Source: a virus. From it: a stretch of 64,000 bases of DNA. Positions 32,999 to 42,295 of the stretch are shown one piece after another (the first letter of the stretch is position 1; every line of letters begins with the position of its first letter). The notes under the pieces were generated by a model. That model was not told the origin of the DNA and made no database searches. It was given only the letters and a program-made list of their open reading frames with translations. The stretch covers positions 6,173 to 70,172 of IMG/VR virus record IMGVR_UViG_3300021475_000010. The stretch is one strand, 5' to 3'. The position numbers and the translations under genes were made by a program.

Positions 32999-33308
32999 CT
33001 TCCCCAAGCTCATCCCAGGACAGCGCAAGCTGACCCGTACCTGGATCGACCTGGACGAAGACCATGGCCGCATCATCAGCCAGCGTTGCACATGTGGGCG
33101 CGTCAGGTGGCGTCCTCTCAACCCGAACAACACCCTCGGCGGCAAGGGGTGGAAGTACAAGGACCCCGACGGCTATGCTCAGCCTCCCGGCTACGGCTTC
33201 ACTCGCGCGGACTTCGCGAACGTGTACTGGCCGGCCATCGTCGAGGACATCGAGCAGTCGGAGCAGGACATGGCCGCCGCTCTCAAGGAGCACAACGGCG
33301 ATGGCTGA
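32904..33308 (+). CDS. hypothetical zinc-binding protein
   Basis: CR..GH ... RCTCG..R ... Y..PDGY. Confidence 0.7.
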   Translation: MGTVTPIVTELARQQWLAKYPARFTACRQGHNFPKLIPGQRKLTRTWIDLDEDHGRIISQRCTCGRVRWRPLNPNNTLGGKGWKYKDPDGYAQPPGYGFTRADFANVYWPAIVEDIEQSEQDMAAALKEHNGDG

Positions 33309-33492
33309 AATGGTAGTGGCATACTACATGCCCCACAACGACGGCGTTGAGTCGGGTATCCTGGATGGGCCAGGCCAGGACAGCGGGCTCGACCTAGTGG
33401 ACCTGTACGAGGTCGATGGCGTAATCAAGACGTTCGCCAACAGGACCGAAGCAGACGAATGGCTGAGCAGTAAGGGTGTAAGCAATGCGTGA
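33301..33492 (+). CDS. hypothetical protein
   Basis: AAGGAG RBS. Confidence 0.55.
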   Translation: MAEMVVAYYMPHNDGVESGILDGPGQDSGLDLVDLYEVDGVIKTFANRTEADEWLSSKGVSNA

Positions 33493-33835
33493 CCTCAACC
33501 TCGGACCGGATAGCCGGAAGCTCATTGACAACTTCAACACGCTAGAGGCTAAGCGCCGCGCGGATGACGGCGCTGCCTACACCGAGAACACCGGCAACAT
33601 AGCAGCGTGCGCAACGGCTATGGCCGCTATGCTACAGCGCTGGATCGAGGTCGCCTGGTGCTGGCCCGATGCATGCCCCTCGCAGATATGCGGAGGCCCA
33701 CACGTCAAGGTAAGGTACGACTTCGACAAGACCGTCGAGGTCATGGAACCGGCAAACAGAGTAGGGGAGACGTTCCCAGATGCCAAATACACCGTCGTCA
33801 CCACTGCCACCGGGCTCACCCGGCGAACCGACTAG
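33485..33835 (+). CDS. hypothetical protein
   Basis: Member of an overlapping operon. Confidence 0.6.
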   Translation: MRDLNLGPDSRKLIDNFNTLEAKRRADDGAAYTENTGNIAACATAMAAMLQRWIEVAWCWPDACPSQICGGPHVKVRYDFDKTVEVMEPANRVGETFPDAKYTVVTTATGLTRRTD

Positions 33836-34226
33836 CGGCTGCAAGGACTGCGACGTGCATCCCGAGCGCCTATGCGACGCCTACCCGAACTGCCCGCGTG
33901 GCGAGGCCGAGGTCGAGTTCGCCAAGCGCATCTCCACTCCGCGCGGCATCATCACGCCGCACGGTATCATGGAGATCATCCCGGCCACCCCATTCCGGCC
34001 CGACCTGCTGGAGCCGATGTCCGATGAGGAGCGGCGCGAGGCCACCCAGCGCTACATACTGGAGAAGTACGCCAAGACGATGCGAGAGCAAACCCTGGAG
34101 CCAGGGGACATCGACCCGACCGACATAGAAGGGGCAAGCGTCAAGAGCATCGCTCATTACTACGACAGGATGATCAGCCGTAGGACGGACGGATCGGACC
34201 CGCTAGTTCAAGAGCCGAAGGACTAG
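33780..34226 (+). CDS. hypothetical protein
   Basis: GC3-rich frame; CKDC...C....C. Confidence 0.55.
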   Translation: MPNTPSSPLPPGSPGEPTSGCKDCDVHPERLCDAYPNCPRGEAEVEFAKRISTPRGIITPHGIMEIIPATPFRPDLLEPMSDEERREATQRYILEKYAKTMREQTLEPGDIDPTDIEGASVKSIAHYYDRMISRRTDGSDPLVQEPKD

Positions 34227-34228
34227 TC

Positions 34229-34564
34229 ATGAACGATGGCCTACCGCATCAGATGCCGCCGCGACCAGGGCCGCCAACGCCACCAACACGGCTGCATCCA
34301 ACCACCCGAGTCCCACGCGTCTTTAGCCTACCAGGAACGATCGTGTACGCGGGATGCAGCCTCACCGCCCTGATCTTCATGATAGGGACGGGGTTCGGCC
34401 TACAGACGCCATGGTTCGTCATCCTTCCGTGCTTGCTCTACGTCTTCATCAGCTCCGGCATCATCGCATACGGACGGATCGAAAGCAACCGGGACTCCAA
34501 GGTCTACCTCCGATCGCTCCAGAGAGTAAGCGAAGCGAACAAGCGCATGAGGAAGATGAACTGA
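34229..34564 (+). CDS. membrane protein
   Basis: Two TM segments. Confidence 0.6.
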   Translation: MNDGLPHQMPPRPGPPTPPTRLHPTTRVPRVFSLPGTIVYAGCSLTALIFMIGTGFGLQTPWFVILPCLLYVFISSGIIAYGRIESNRDSKVYLRSLQRVSEANKRMRKMN

Positions 34565-34699
34565 TGAAGTGGCCGCCATGTAACGCCAGGTTCTTCACGA
34601 AGGAAAGCGCCGACTGGGCTGTCCAACCCTACATATGGAGGAAATGTAACCGTCCATGGGGCCACTGGTTCGCCGGTCTCAATCATGAAGGGCCGGTGA

Positions 34700-35023
34700 T
34701 TGAAGATGCCGATGCCTGACCCGGTCATGGTGGTCTGCGTCGATGGCCCGACGCGGGGTCGGCTCCGCGCCGTCACGAGCGGAGAGAAGACAAGGTTCCA
34801 CGCCTACGACATGTCAGCTGTAACAGCGACAAGAGTCGAGGACTCACATGACCTCGTCTTCGACGCGCTGACCTATCACGTACATCAGATCGCATTCCTC
34901 GGCTTCTGCGTCAGGGTAGCGTCGATGCAGATAGACCCAGCCAACATCGACCCGTACGATGTCATCTCGTCCCTGTTCAATGAGGCCGGGCGCCAGGCGA
35001 CCTACAGAGTGAACAGTGAGTAG
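34700..35023 (+). CDS. hypothetical protein
   Basis: VCVDGP..G motif; start probably 34706 or 34712. Confidence 0.6.
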   Translation: MKMPMPDPVMVVCVDGPTRGRLRAVTSGEKTRFHAYDMSAVTATRVEDSHDLVFDALTYHVHQIAFLGFCVRVASMQIDPANIDPYDVISSLFNEAGRQATYRVNSE

Positions 35024-35237
35024 ACTACCAGACGGCATGTCGGCAAGGACAGTCGGCTCGCTCGTCAATCGGAGCGAAGCCATCGTCGCCATGTTCGACG
35101 CCGAGACCAAGGATTACGCATTCGGCGACTCCGGCGACGCAGAGAGCTACGCAGCCGAGATGGCCGACATTCTAGAGAGATGGATACAATCATACAGGGC
35201 TAGCCTCGATAGGCACCCGAGCACGAGCAAGGAGTAG
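35016..35237 (+). CDS. hypothetical protein
   Basis: Operon member; MADILERWI echoes MAAMLQRWI of 33485-33835. Confidence 0.55.
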   Translation: MSRLPDGMSARTVGSLVNRSEAIVAMFDAETKDYAFGDSGDAESYAAEMADILERWIQSYRASLDRHPSTSKE

Positions 35238-35239
35238 TC

Positions 35240-35680
35240 ATGGCAGGACTACGGACGGCAGTGAAGCCTCCAAGCGCAAAGCCGCCAGTAATCATCGTCG
35301 CGGATAGCGAAATGGACACACCTACATTCGCCGCTCATTTTACGAAGCGACACAAGAGCAGCCTGGCCGGAATGCCCGAGCTACCAGCCAGTATAGACTT
35401 CGGCATGGAGCAGAGCTATCGGGCATTCCACAGACGGCTACATGGGCTCCGCAGGTACAAGCACGAACACGAACCTGACGCGCCTGAGGTCGGCATCGAC
35501 CGCGCGCTCGAATGCCTCTTCGAGAACCACAACTGGGGGTGGAAGCAGCTAGCTGGTATCGATGCACTGGTCGCAGTGTTCCCAACCGGCGACATAGCCG
35601 TCAAGGCCAAGGGCTATAAGATCCAGCACTTTAACGAGATAGACGAAGCAACGGACTACCTACTCAAGTTCTCCCTCTAG
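35240..35680 (+). CDS. hypothetical His-rich protein
   Basis: AAGGAG RBS; HF..RH, FHRRLH, HEH. Confidence 0.65.
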   Translation: MAGLRTAVKPPSAKPPVIIVADSEMDTPTFAAHFTKRHKSSLAGMPELPASIDFGMEQSYRAFHRRLHGLRRYKHEHEPDAPEVGIDRALECLFENHNWGWKQLAGIDALVAVFPTGDIAVKAKGYKIQHFNEIDEATDYLLKFSL

Positions 35681-35702
35681 CAGCAGCCAAAGGCAGGGCA
35701 GC

Positions 35703-35972
35703 ATGGAGATACAAACCTTCGCGTGGGCCGCTCCTATCCCGCGCCACCTGTACCTCGACAAGGAAGCTCTCTACTCGATCATCATGGGCGAGTTTGAGGG
35801 TCGGCTACGTGACGAGGGCGGCACCAGGGTTCCCGGCCCGATACGAATGAGGTTCCTCGGCTTCGGCTACATCGACGATGACAGCATGCAGGAGGTCATG
35901 GTCAAGACGGAGCTAAGCCCACTCTGGACATACGCGGTATGTCACGTATCATGTCCGGCGGTGAAGGGATGA
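35703..35972 (+). CDS. hypothetical protein
   Basis: AGGCAGG upstream of ATG. Confidence 0.6.
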   Translation: MEIQTFAWAAPIPRHLYLDKEALYSIIMGEFEGRLRDEGGTRVPGPIRMRFLGFGYIDDDSMQEVMVKTELSPLWTYAVCHVSCPAVKG

Positions 35973-36364
35973 AGTCAGCTACCGTCGAGCTACCGCCTCT
36001 CAAGCGAATGCCCGAGCGCCTGGGTGGACACGTCATCTATGCTACCGGTGAGGAGAGCTTGTGCCCAGAGCATCAGTTCTGCTGCTACACCGGAGACGAG
36101 AAGCGCAGGTGCCATGTCTGCCATAGCAATACACACCTCACCGACGACCATGGCGACCTACCGCCAGAACGCCTCGCGCCATGCCTATGCGGCAAGTGCG
36201 GAGAGCTGTTCACCAGCGTGACAGGATTCAACATGCACTTCGGCCGGGGCTACAAGTGTCGCAACCCCGAGAAGCGCGGACTGATCCTCGTCAGGCAGAA
36301 GGACAAGTATGGTACAGTGTGGCAGCTCTGGGCAAAGCCCGGCTCTAGACCCGAAGACATCTAA
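35969..36364 (+). CDS. zinc-binding protein (FDXHR-like C-terminal domain)
   Basis: CGKCGELFTSVTGFNMH.....CRNPEKRGL. Confidence 0.65.
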   Translation: MKSATVELPPLKRMPERLGGHVIYATGEESLCPEHQFCCYTGDEKRRCHVCHSNTHLTDDHGDLPPERLAPCLCGKCGELFTSVTGFNMHFGRGYKCRNPEKRGLILVRQKDKYGTVWQLWAKPGSRPEDI

Positions 36365-36605
36365 CCGGTAGCGCGCTAGACCGCGCGGATAGGTCGACCC
36401 CTACTCGATACCCTAGAACCGTACGCGAGGACCGGAGCGTGGCTCCAGTCCTCTTGCGTGGCACCTAGCCTCTCCCCGCCTATCGCGGCAGGTACTGCCA
36501 TTGGTCTAGACGCAGCCGTCCGATCGGCGTATCGTCCTAACCGGCAGCCGTCCGAAAAGCACCCCCGCAACCTGTGTAGGACGGACCTTCAAGGAGACGA
36601 CCATC

Positions 36606-37241
36606 ATGCCCGTCTTGGCCGTAAAGGCAGCAGCCCTGCTGGTAGCAGCAACAGGCCTGCTTGCCGGAGGCAAAGCGGAACTGGCCGGTCACGAGCAGGC
36701 TAGCTCCGCGCAAGTGGTCAAGGTCATCTACATCGTCAAGCCCGGCGACACGCTAAGCAGAATCGCCGGGTACTTTTGCCACAACCCGTCCAAGTACCGG
36801 GAACTGGCATCAGCCAACGGGATTAGCAACCCCAACGTCATCGACGTGGGCCAGCGCATCTGGCTTGCCTGCGGCGGTTCCGGCGGCGGCAGTAACAGCG
36901 CATCTAGCTCCGCGCGCTCCGGCTCTATCAGCGGCTCCAGCTACGCGCAAGGCTCAGCGGTCGTACCAGGCACGTCGGTCGTGTACAGCGAGGCTGGTCT
37001 AGCTCGCCTGTGGGTCGCGGCTGGAGGCTCAGGCGGTACGGCTTGGCACGCGGCCTGCATCGCGGAGCACGAGTCGTCCGGTCGTACATGGGTGGTCTCG
37101 CCCACCAACGACTGGGGCCTCTGGCAGATTCATGATGGAGGCTACTCGATGCTCAACGCGTTCGCCAACGCACAGAGAGCCATCTCCATGTCCAGCAACG
37201 GCAGGGACTGGAGTCAATGGTCTACGCGCGGCGACTGTTAG
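36606..37241 (+). CDS. secreted LysM + lysozyme-like (Rpf/transglycosylase-type) protein
   Basis: Signal peptide; YIVKPGDTLSRIA...NGISNPNVIDVGQ; IAEHESSG, GLWQI, DWSQWST. Confidence 0.9.
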   Translation: MPVLAVKAAALLVAATGLLAGGKAELAGHEQASSAQVVKVIYIVKPGDTLSRIAGYFCHNPSKYRELASANGISNPNVIDVGQRIWLACGGSGGGSNSASSSARSGSISGSSYAQGSAVVPGTSVVYSEAGLARLWVAAGGSGGTAWHAACIAEHESSGRTWVVSPTNDWGLWQIHDGGYSMLNAFANAQRAISMSSNGRDWSQWSTRGDC

Positions 37242-37251
37242 CTCCACAAGC

Positions 37252-37296
37252 GAACGGCCGGCCAGGCTCTCCCGAGACAGGACTGGTCGGCCGTTC
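37252..37296. terminator. terminator hairpin between the convergent genome arms
   Basis: GAACGGCCGGCCAG pairs with CTGGTCGGCCGTTC. Confidence 0.75.
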
Positions 37297-37335
37297 CCTT
37301 TGCCTAGATGTTCTCGACCGTCACATCCCCGACGG

Positions 37336-37788
37336 TCACGTTGACCGTCTCGTTGGTGGACTGGTCGACGTAGGTAATGCCGCCAGCCTCTCCGATCGCA
37401 TCGGCCGTCTTGGTGGCGGCCTCCATGTTCTCGAAGTTCTTGAGGCGGATGAGTACGTCGGCCATAACGGCCTCTTGTTCTCTGTCTGGCTGAGCTGCTG
37501 CCGTAGCAGGTAGCCCTCCAGCTCCCAGATCTTGTCGCGGGCCTCCGCACGTGCGATGTCCCGGCCGATGCCCTCGTCAAAGTTCTCCGGGCTAGCAGCG
37601 GCCGAGCTACCGGTCACGACGAACCCGTTGACGAGCGTGAGCGCAGCCACGGTCACTGTGGTGCCTGGGAAGACGTAGAACTGCTCGTTCACGATCTTGG
37701 CGTCAATGTCCCCAGGCGTGACACGCGGAGCGTCCAGGCGCTTGGCTCGCACTGCCTCTTCGATCGCGCTCTCGTCCATTGTGCTCAT
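37336..37788 (-). CDS. Phage_gp49_66 family protein
   Basis: APRVTP..I...I, L.NGF.V.G.SA..SPENFD..IG..IA...A..KIWELEGYLL. Confidence 0.85.
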   Translation of the reverse strand: MSTMDESAIEEAVRAKRLDAPRVTPGDIDAKIVNEQFYVFPGTTVTVAALTLVNGFVVTGSSAAASPENFDEGIGRDIARAEARDKIWELEGYLLRQQLSQTENKRPLWPTYSSASRTSRTWRPPPRRPMRSERLAALPTSTSPPTRRST

Positions 37789-37908
37789 GACTGCTACTTC
37801 TTCTTTCTCTTGTCCGGCCTCCTGGCCGGGTCTGGTAGGTCAACTTCGACCTGGACTGGGTACTCGACGCCGCCAACCGTGACAACGCCGGTGATGACGG
37901 CGATCATA

Positions 37909-38187
37909 TCACGGCACGACTGCGGTGAACTCCGCGTCGCTCGCGCCCTGCACGAACGTCAGGCCGTCGCACGTCGGGACTCCGAACGTGACGTCAGCAG
38001 CCGGTGTGCCGGGGAGCGTGATGTCTGTGGACACGTTGTAGGTCTGCCCAGCGACCACGACCGTACCGCGTACAGTCGCACCCTGCGGGTCGATGGGATC
38101 GTTGCCGTCCACCTGGTAGGTAACGATCAGGGTATCGCCGTGATCCGGCGCGGTAGGGGTTGCGTTGATATCGCACGAGACTGGCAT
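37909..38187 (-). CDS. hypothetical beta-rich protein
   Basis: GGAGAG RBS; 92 aa. Confidence 0.65.
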   Translation of the reverse strand: MPVSCDINATPTAPDHGDTLIVTYQVDGNDPIDPQGATVRGTVVVAGQTYNVSTDITLPGTPAADVTFGVPTCDGLTFVQGASDAEFTAVVP

Positions 38188-38200
38188 CTTTGTTCTCTCC

Positions 38201-38273
38201 GATTTACTTCGTTTCGTTCGTAGGTTTGCCGGGTAGGGGTCCGGGTACTAACTTAACGAGCTTAATCCTGCAA
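38201..38273. promoter_or_regulatory. divergent pair of operator-like motifs
   Basis: TACTAACTTAACGAGCTTAATCCTGCAA (38246-38273) matches 1917-1944; reverse complement TACGAACGAAACGAAGTAAATC at 38201-38222. Confidence 0.7.
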
Positions 38274-38286
38274 GCCCGTTAACTCT

Positions 38287-38469
38287 TCACGCTCGCGGAG
38301 TGACTACCGGGAACGTCCAGGCCGTCGCGGCGATAGCGCACGAGCAGAGCCCGGCCGGTTCTAGCCAGTCGGGGAGCCCGCTGAGAGTGAACGCGAGCTT
38401 GAGGACGGCGAGGAAGAGCAGGATGGCGCCCGCAAGGAAGAACAGCCATGCCGCTCGTCTTGTGTTCAC
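38287..38469 (-). CDS. small 2-TM membrane protein (holin candidate)
   Basis: Follows the endolysin with GTGA overlap. Confidence 0.55.
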   Translation of the reverse strand: MNTRRAAWLFFLAGAILLFLAVLKLAFTLSGLPDWLEPAGLCSCAIAATAWTFPVVTPRA

Positions 38470-39278
38470 TTGGCGTCTAGGTCGTAGGTAGACCAGCCCC
38501 ACTTACCGCCGACGGGCTGGGTGTACTTGCAGAGCTTGCCTCCCTGGTTGGTGTAGGTGATGACCTTCGTCCCGTTGGCCTGATTGATATCGAGGCCCAC
38601 ACCGCTCTTGGCATTCGAGCCGGGGTCCACGACTCCGCCGTTCATGCAGACCTTGCCGTCCGGCCTGATGTAGGCGTAGTATTCCTTGCCCTCGTAGAAG
38701 GCGATTGCCGATGACACTAGGAGTCCTCCTGTCGGTGCTGGTGTTGAGCCGCCCCCGGAGCTGCCGCCCTTGGCGCGCTTGATGACCTCGTCGAGCGGGA
38801 AGCCTGACCCCGCGTCGTGGTGGCCGGAGCCCATGGAACCGAAATTGACATGCTGGCAGATGCCCTTGACGGTTCCTGACTGGGCTTGCGAGTTCGATAG
38901 GACCGTGTACGGGATCTTGTACTTCTCGCACAAGTACCGTAGCCAGTCGGCCGAGTTGTTGAGCAGAATGTTCTTGCTCATCCAGGTCGAGCGCGACCAC
39001 GATGCGTAGGCGCACATCTCCAGGGAGAGGCAGTAGTTGTTTGCGTTGCCCTGAGTCCACGCCTTGTGGTTCTCATAGACGTAAGCTCCGAGCAGCCCGG
39101 CCGACGAGTTGTCCGCGCCGTGATGGCTGGAACACCCCGCGCTCGGGTTAGCGAACCACGAGCCCAGAGACTCGATAGTCATCGCGCCCTCGGTCGTGTG
39201 GAACGCGATGACGTTGTACGGTCCGCGCGAAGACGAGTAGTGCGGCGACGGCATCCACTTCTCTTTGATCGATGCCAT
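38466..39278 (-). CDS. endolysin, N-acetylmuramoyl-L-alanine amidase
   Basis: IAFHTTEG, SSH, AWTQGNAN, SLEMC, CQH, HHDAG..FP. Confidence 0.92.
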   Translation of the reverse strand: MASIKEKWMPSPHYSSSRGPYNVIAFHTTEGAMTIESLGSWFANPSAGCSSHHGADNSSAGLLGAYVYENHKAWTQGNANNYCLSLEMCAYASWSRSTWMSKNILLNNSADWLRYLCEKYKIPYTVLSNSQAQSGTVKGICQHVNFGSMGSGHHDAGSGFPLDEVIKRAKGGSSGGGSTPAPTGGLLVSSAIAFYEGKEYYAYIRPDGKVCMNGGVVDPGSNAKSGVGLDINQANGTKVITYTNQGGKLCKYTQPVGGKWGWSTYDLDAK

Positions 39279-39643
39279 TACTCGGGAACCTCCTCAGGCC
39301 CATCGTCGGGCGGATCGTCGTGATGTTCCTCACGCCACTGGCGCAGGAAGTCACGGTACTGGCGCAACCGCTCGCGGGTCTCGCCAGTCTGCGGCTTGTC
39401 GGACTCGCCCCACGGCTCGCTGGCTTCGTCCGAGCCCGACTGGTCCTCGTCTGGGTCCACGTCCTCCAGGACAGCCTCGCCGCTCTCCAGCTTGGCCTCG
39501 TCGACGATATCACCCCACCGCACACGGATTGCGTCTATGCGCTCGTGTCGCCGGTCGCGCCTGTCACGCCGTCCTTGCCTCCTTTCCACCCGCTGTTCAT
39601 GCCTGGATTCGACACCCTCGGCTATCTCCTTGAAACTAACCAT
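39278..39643 (-). CDS. hypothetical charged protein
   Basis: AGGAGG RBS; TAATG coupling to the endolysin. Confidence 0.65.
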   Translation of the reverse strand: MVSFKEIAEGVESRHEQRVERRQGRRDRRDRRHERIDAIRVRWGDIVDEAKLESGEAVLEDVDPDEDQSGSDEASEPWGESDKPQTGETRERLRQYRDFLRQWREEHHDDPPDDGPEEVPE

Positions 39644-39664
39644 CGTGCACCTCCTATCCCTATT

Positions 39665-39922
39665 CTACTCCTTGGGCGGTTCTGGCGGTCTCCCGCCCCT
39701 ATTCGTGCCTATGTACGCGCCTAGCAGGCCGGTTAGTCCTCCCGTCGCGGCTATGAGTACCTGCGTAGCGTTCTCTGATAGCTTGACCTGCGGAAAGCTG
39801 CTGTTAATGATCTGAACTGTAGTGGCAATAAGGATCATGAGAATTGACAGGCTAAGGCCGAGTGCGAGGACTAGCGCGACCAGATCAACCGGCCGCCACT
39901 GCACAGGATTCTTTCTAGACAT
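39665..39922 (-). CDS. 2-TM membrane protein (holin candidate)
   Basis: AAGGAGG RBS; two TM helices; in the lysis cassette. Confidence 0.65.
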   Translation of the reverse strand: MSRKNPVQWRPVDLVALVLALGLSLSILMILIATTVQIINSSFPQVKLSENATQVLIAATGGLTGLLGAYIGTNRGGRPPEPPKE

Positions 39923-40158
39923 CACGCCTCCTTCTCTTGCTCGGCTAGCTTCTTGGCCGCCCGCTCGATGCGCCAATGCTCAATCATTCCACCGGCTATC
40001 GACAGGAGAGCAGTCCATATCGTAGACAGCGTATCCTTGATATCTGGGGGCAAGTTCATGAGCGGCCGGTAGTGTATGATAAGGAATACTGACGTCGTGC
40101 CGACGATAGCGCCTAGGGCTGATCCTATTACAGTCCTTGGTATTCCCCACATAGTCAC
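39922..40158 (-). CDS. 2-TM membrane protein (holin candidate)
   Basis: Two hydrophobic segments and a charged C-terminus. Confidence 0.6.
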   Translation of the reverse strand: MTMWGIPRTVIGSALGAIVGTTSVFLIIHYRPLMNLPPDIKDTLSTIWTALLSIAGGMIEHWRIERAAKKLAEQEKEA

Positions 40159-40159
40159 C

Positions 40160-40999
40160 TCACGACTGTATGAATCCGAACTGGTCGTCCAGCGGGAACC
40201 GGCCGCCTATGCCGATCTGTGTTGTTGCGAGCGGGTTCGGCAGGTAGTTAAAGCTCATGGTTCCATTCGCATTGATGGAAACGATCGGAGAGGCCGCTCC
40301 ATCTGCTACATCAGTGACGAGATACCTCTGGGCAAGCTGTGGCCGGTAGTTTGTTGGGAAGGTAAAGAACACAACGTTGTTCATGTTCCCGGACGTGTTG
40401 TTGGTCTGGACCTTGCCGGCCACCTCTACCGCTGTTAGGTCCTGGCTGAATCGGTACTGAGGCGGTGTCATGCCGGCAACAGTGCCGGCCCAGTTAGCTG
40501 CCGAGAGCGGCCGCATGTCGTGCCACGGGTCATTCGTCATCCGGCGCTGGTCGACCAGAGTCGTGATGGCCCCGGCCGAGGTCGAAGTCCACGAACAGAC
40601 AGGGACATCCCATATGCCGGTCGAAGTCTGAACTATAGGAGGCATGACCGGAGAGCCAGAAGGCGTACCCGTAATGACAGTTGGTACCACGACGGTCGCG
40701 CTCGTAGTTGCGCCCCGCGTCAGGCGTAGGACTAGCCGGTCAATCCTGTTCTGCGCGGACGCGGCCGGAATGGGAGTGCTCACTGGGGCGTCACAGCGCC
40801 ATAGCTGACCCTTAATCGCGACCACACCGTCAGCGATCACAGCATTGCGCCCGCCGGTATCGAGCGACGGAACCATGGCGCTACCGACCGATGCGTCAAT
40901 GGCAGTGACTGCGCCGATCGCAGTGTGTAGGTATTCCCACTCGCCGGTCGTCGTCATCTGGGTGAAAGCGCTAGGGCGCGCGTCATATGTAACCATCAT
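40160..40999 (-). CDS. minor tail protein
   Basis: RIDRLVLRL...VITGTP....P..P...Q...G.WDVP pattern; position. Confidence 0.85.
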   Translation of the reverse strand: MMVTYDARPSAFTQMTTTGEWEYLHTAIGAVTAIDASVGSAMVPSLDTGGRNAVIADGVVAIKGQLWRCDAPVSTPIPAASAQNRIDRLVLRLTRGATTSATVVVPTVITGTPSGSPVMPPIVQTSTGIWDVPVCSWTSTSAGAITTLVDQRRMTNDPWHDMRPLSAANWAGTVAGMTPPQYRFSQDLTAVEVAGKVQTNNTSGNMNNVVFFTFPTNYRPQLAQRYLVTDVADGAASPIVSINANGTMSFNYLPNPLATTQIGIGGRFPLDDQFGFIQS

Positions 41000-41002
41000 T
41001 CC

Positions 41003-42295
41003 TCACTTCGTAGCTAGTGCTTGCTCCAGCGCCCGTATCCGCGAGGTCAGCTGGCCTATGATAGTCTGATCAGTATTTGTAACATTAGCGTTTTGCCCGA
41101 TAGTAGGAACAACTGTTATCTCCGGGCTCTGTGTCGGGTCCGCAGTCAGCAGGACACTGGTCACAACGTCCGAATACACCACACCCGGCCTAACCTCAAC
41201 CGAAACTAGGTCACCTAGGTAGTAGTCCCGGCCGAACGTCAGGAACGGGATATCAGTAGCGGTTACGCCCATCGTAGGACCGGCCTGGCCTGATAGCAAG
41301 GCATCGTTAGCCGTTGTTTGCAGGTTCGCAACTACCGTCTCGGACGAGCTATCATTGAATACCTCGACCGCATTCCATATTGTACGGCCAGCCGCTACCG
41401 CCTGGATGAAACTCGTGCCCGCGCCCTGGACGAGAGAGTCGGTACACGTCGGGTCAACGATATTGAAGTTGATCGCCGTTATATTGCCTAGCTGCTCACT
41501 GAACCAAGCCTTGCCAGTCAGGTTGCGCGGAATGAAGACATCGAACGTCAGGTTGTGTGTCGACGGGTTCCTGACTATCTGAACTCCCATCGCGTTACCA
41601 TTGCCGGTCGAATTGATCAGCGCGCGGATCACGTCCATCAGGTTGAGGTCGACTCCGCTGCCGAACTTGACCGTGTACGTTACATTCGTTCCGCGACCGA
41701 GACTAGCGGCAATGTTTAGCGAGCTATTCCTGCGAGAGGCAACAGCGCCAGAGCCTATGTTATTGACGACATAGTGCTTGATGGCCGACTCTAGTGGCGT
41801 GTTGGTGACCGGATCGGACGCTGCGGCCGTCTGCGCATTCCATGCCGCGCCTGGGCTCGGGTAGCATATGCGATTAGCAATCAGGCCTAGCCAGTCCGCG
41901 CCGGTCAGGATTATGAACGGCCCAGCGCCGGTAGCTCCGACCCCTGCCGCGCCAGGTACAGAGTCCTGATAGCCTGGGTTCTCGCACTTACCGCCGAACG
42001 TGAATAGCCCTCGCCAGTTGACATTGACGAAAAAGTCCCCGGCCATCATAATGTTCCAGAGCGCATTCGTGTACGGTACAGTAATGGTCCATGAGCCAAC
42101 AGCGTTGTAATAGAGCTGAGCCTGAATGTTCAGGAACTGGACCGGCCCCTGGCTAACCAGGTTCTTGTCGAGTATCTCTACCCATATTTGATCGGTCGAT
42201 CCGGCAGACGGGAAGATATACACGGCAGAAGGCTTGAGCGTGCCAAACGCCTGTGAGCGATGGACTGTGTAGGCATTAACCGGTAGTACAGCCAT
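41003..42295 (-). CDS. minor tail protein (Tal/Gp37-like hub)
   Basis: YNAVGSWTI, FGRDYYLGDLVSV, RIRALE; follows Dit. Confidence 0.85.
   Translation of the reverse strand: MAVLPVNAYTVHRSQAFGTLKPSAVYIFPSAGSTDQIWVEILDKNLVSQGPVQFLNIQAQLYYNAVGSWTITVPYTNALWNIMMAGDFFVNVNWRGLFTFGGKCENPGYQDSVPGAAGVGATGAGPFIILTGADWLGLIANRICYPSPGAAWNAQTAAASDPVTNTPLESAIKHYVVNNIGSGAVASRRNSSLNIAASLGRGTNVTYTVKFGSGVDLNLMDVIRALINSTGNGNAMGVQIVRNPSTHNLTFDVFIPRNLTGKAWFSEQLGNITAINFNIVDPTCTDSLVQGAGTSFIQAVAAGRTIWNAVEVFNDSSSETVVANLQTTANDALLSGQAGPTMGVTATDIPFLTFGRDYYLGDLVSVEVRPGVVYSDVVTSVLLTADPTQSPEITVVPTIGQNANVTNTDQTIIGQLTSRIRALEQALATK

Noticed and set aside
36424-36600. Call as a c-di-AMP (ydaO) riboswitch
   Set aside because: The conserved GCTGAA, GGGGAACC and GTCAGCTAAC segments are not found.
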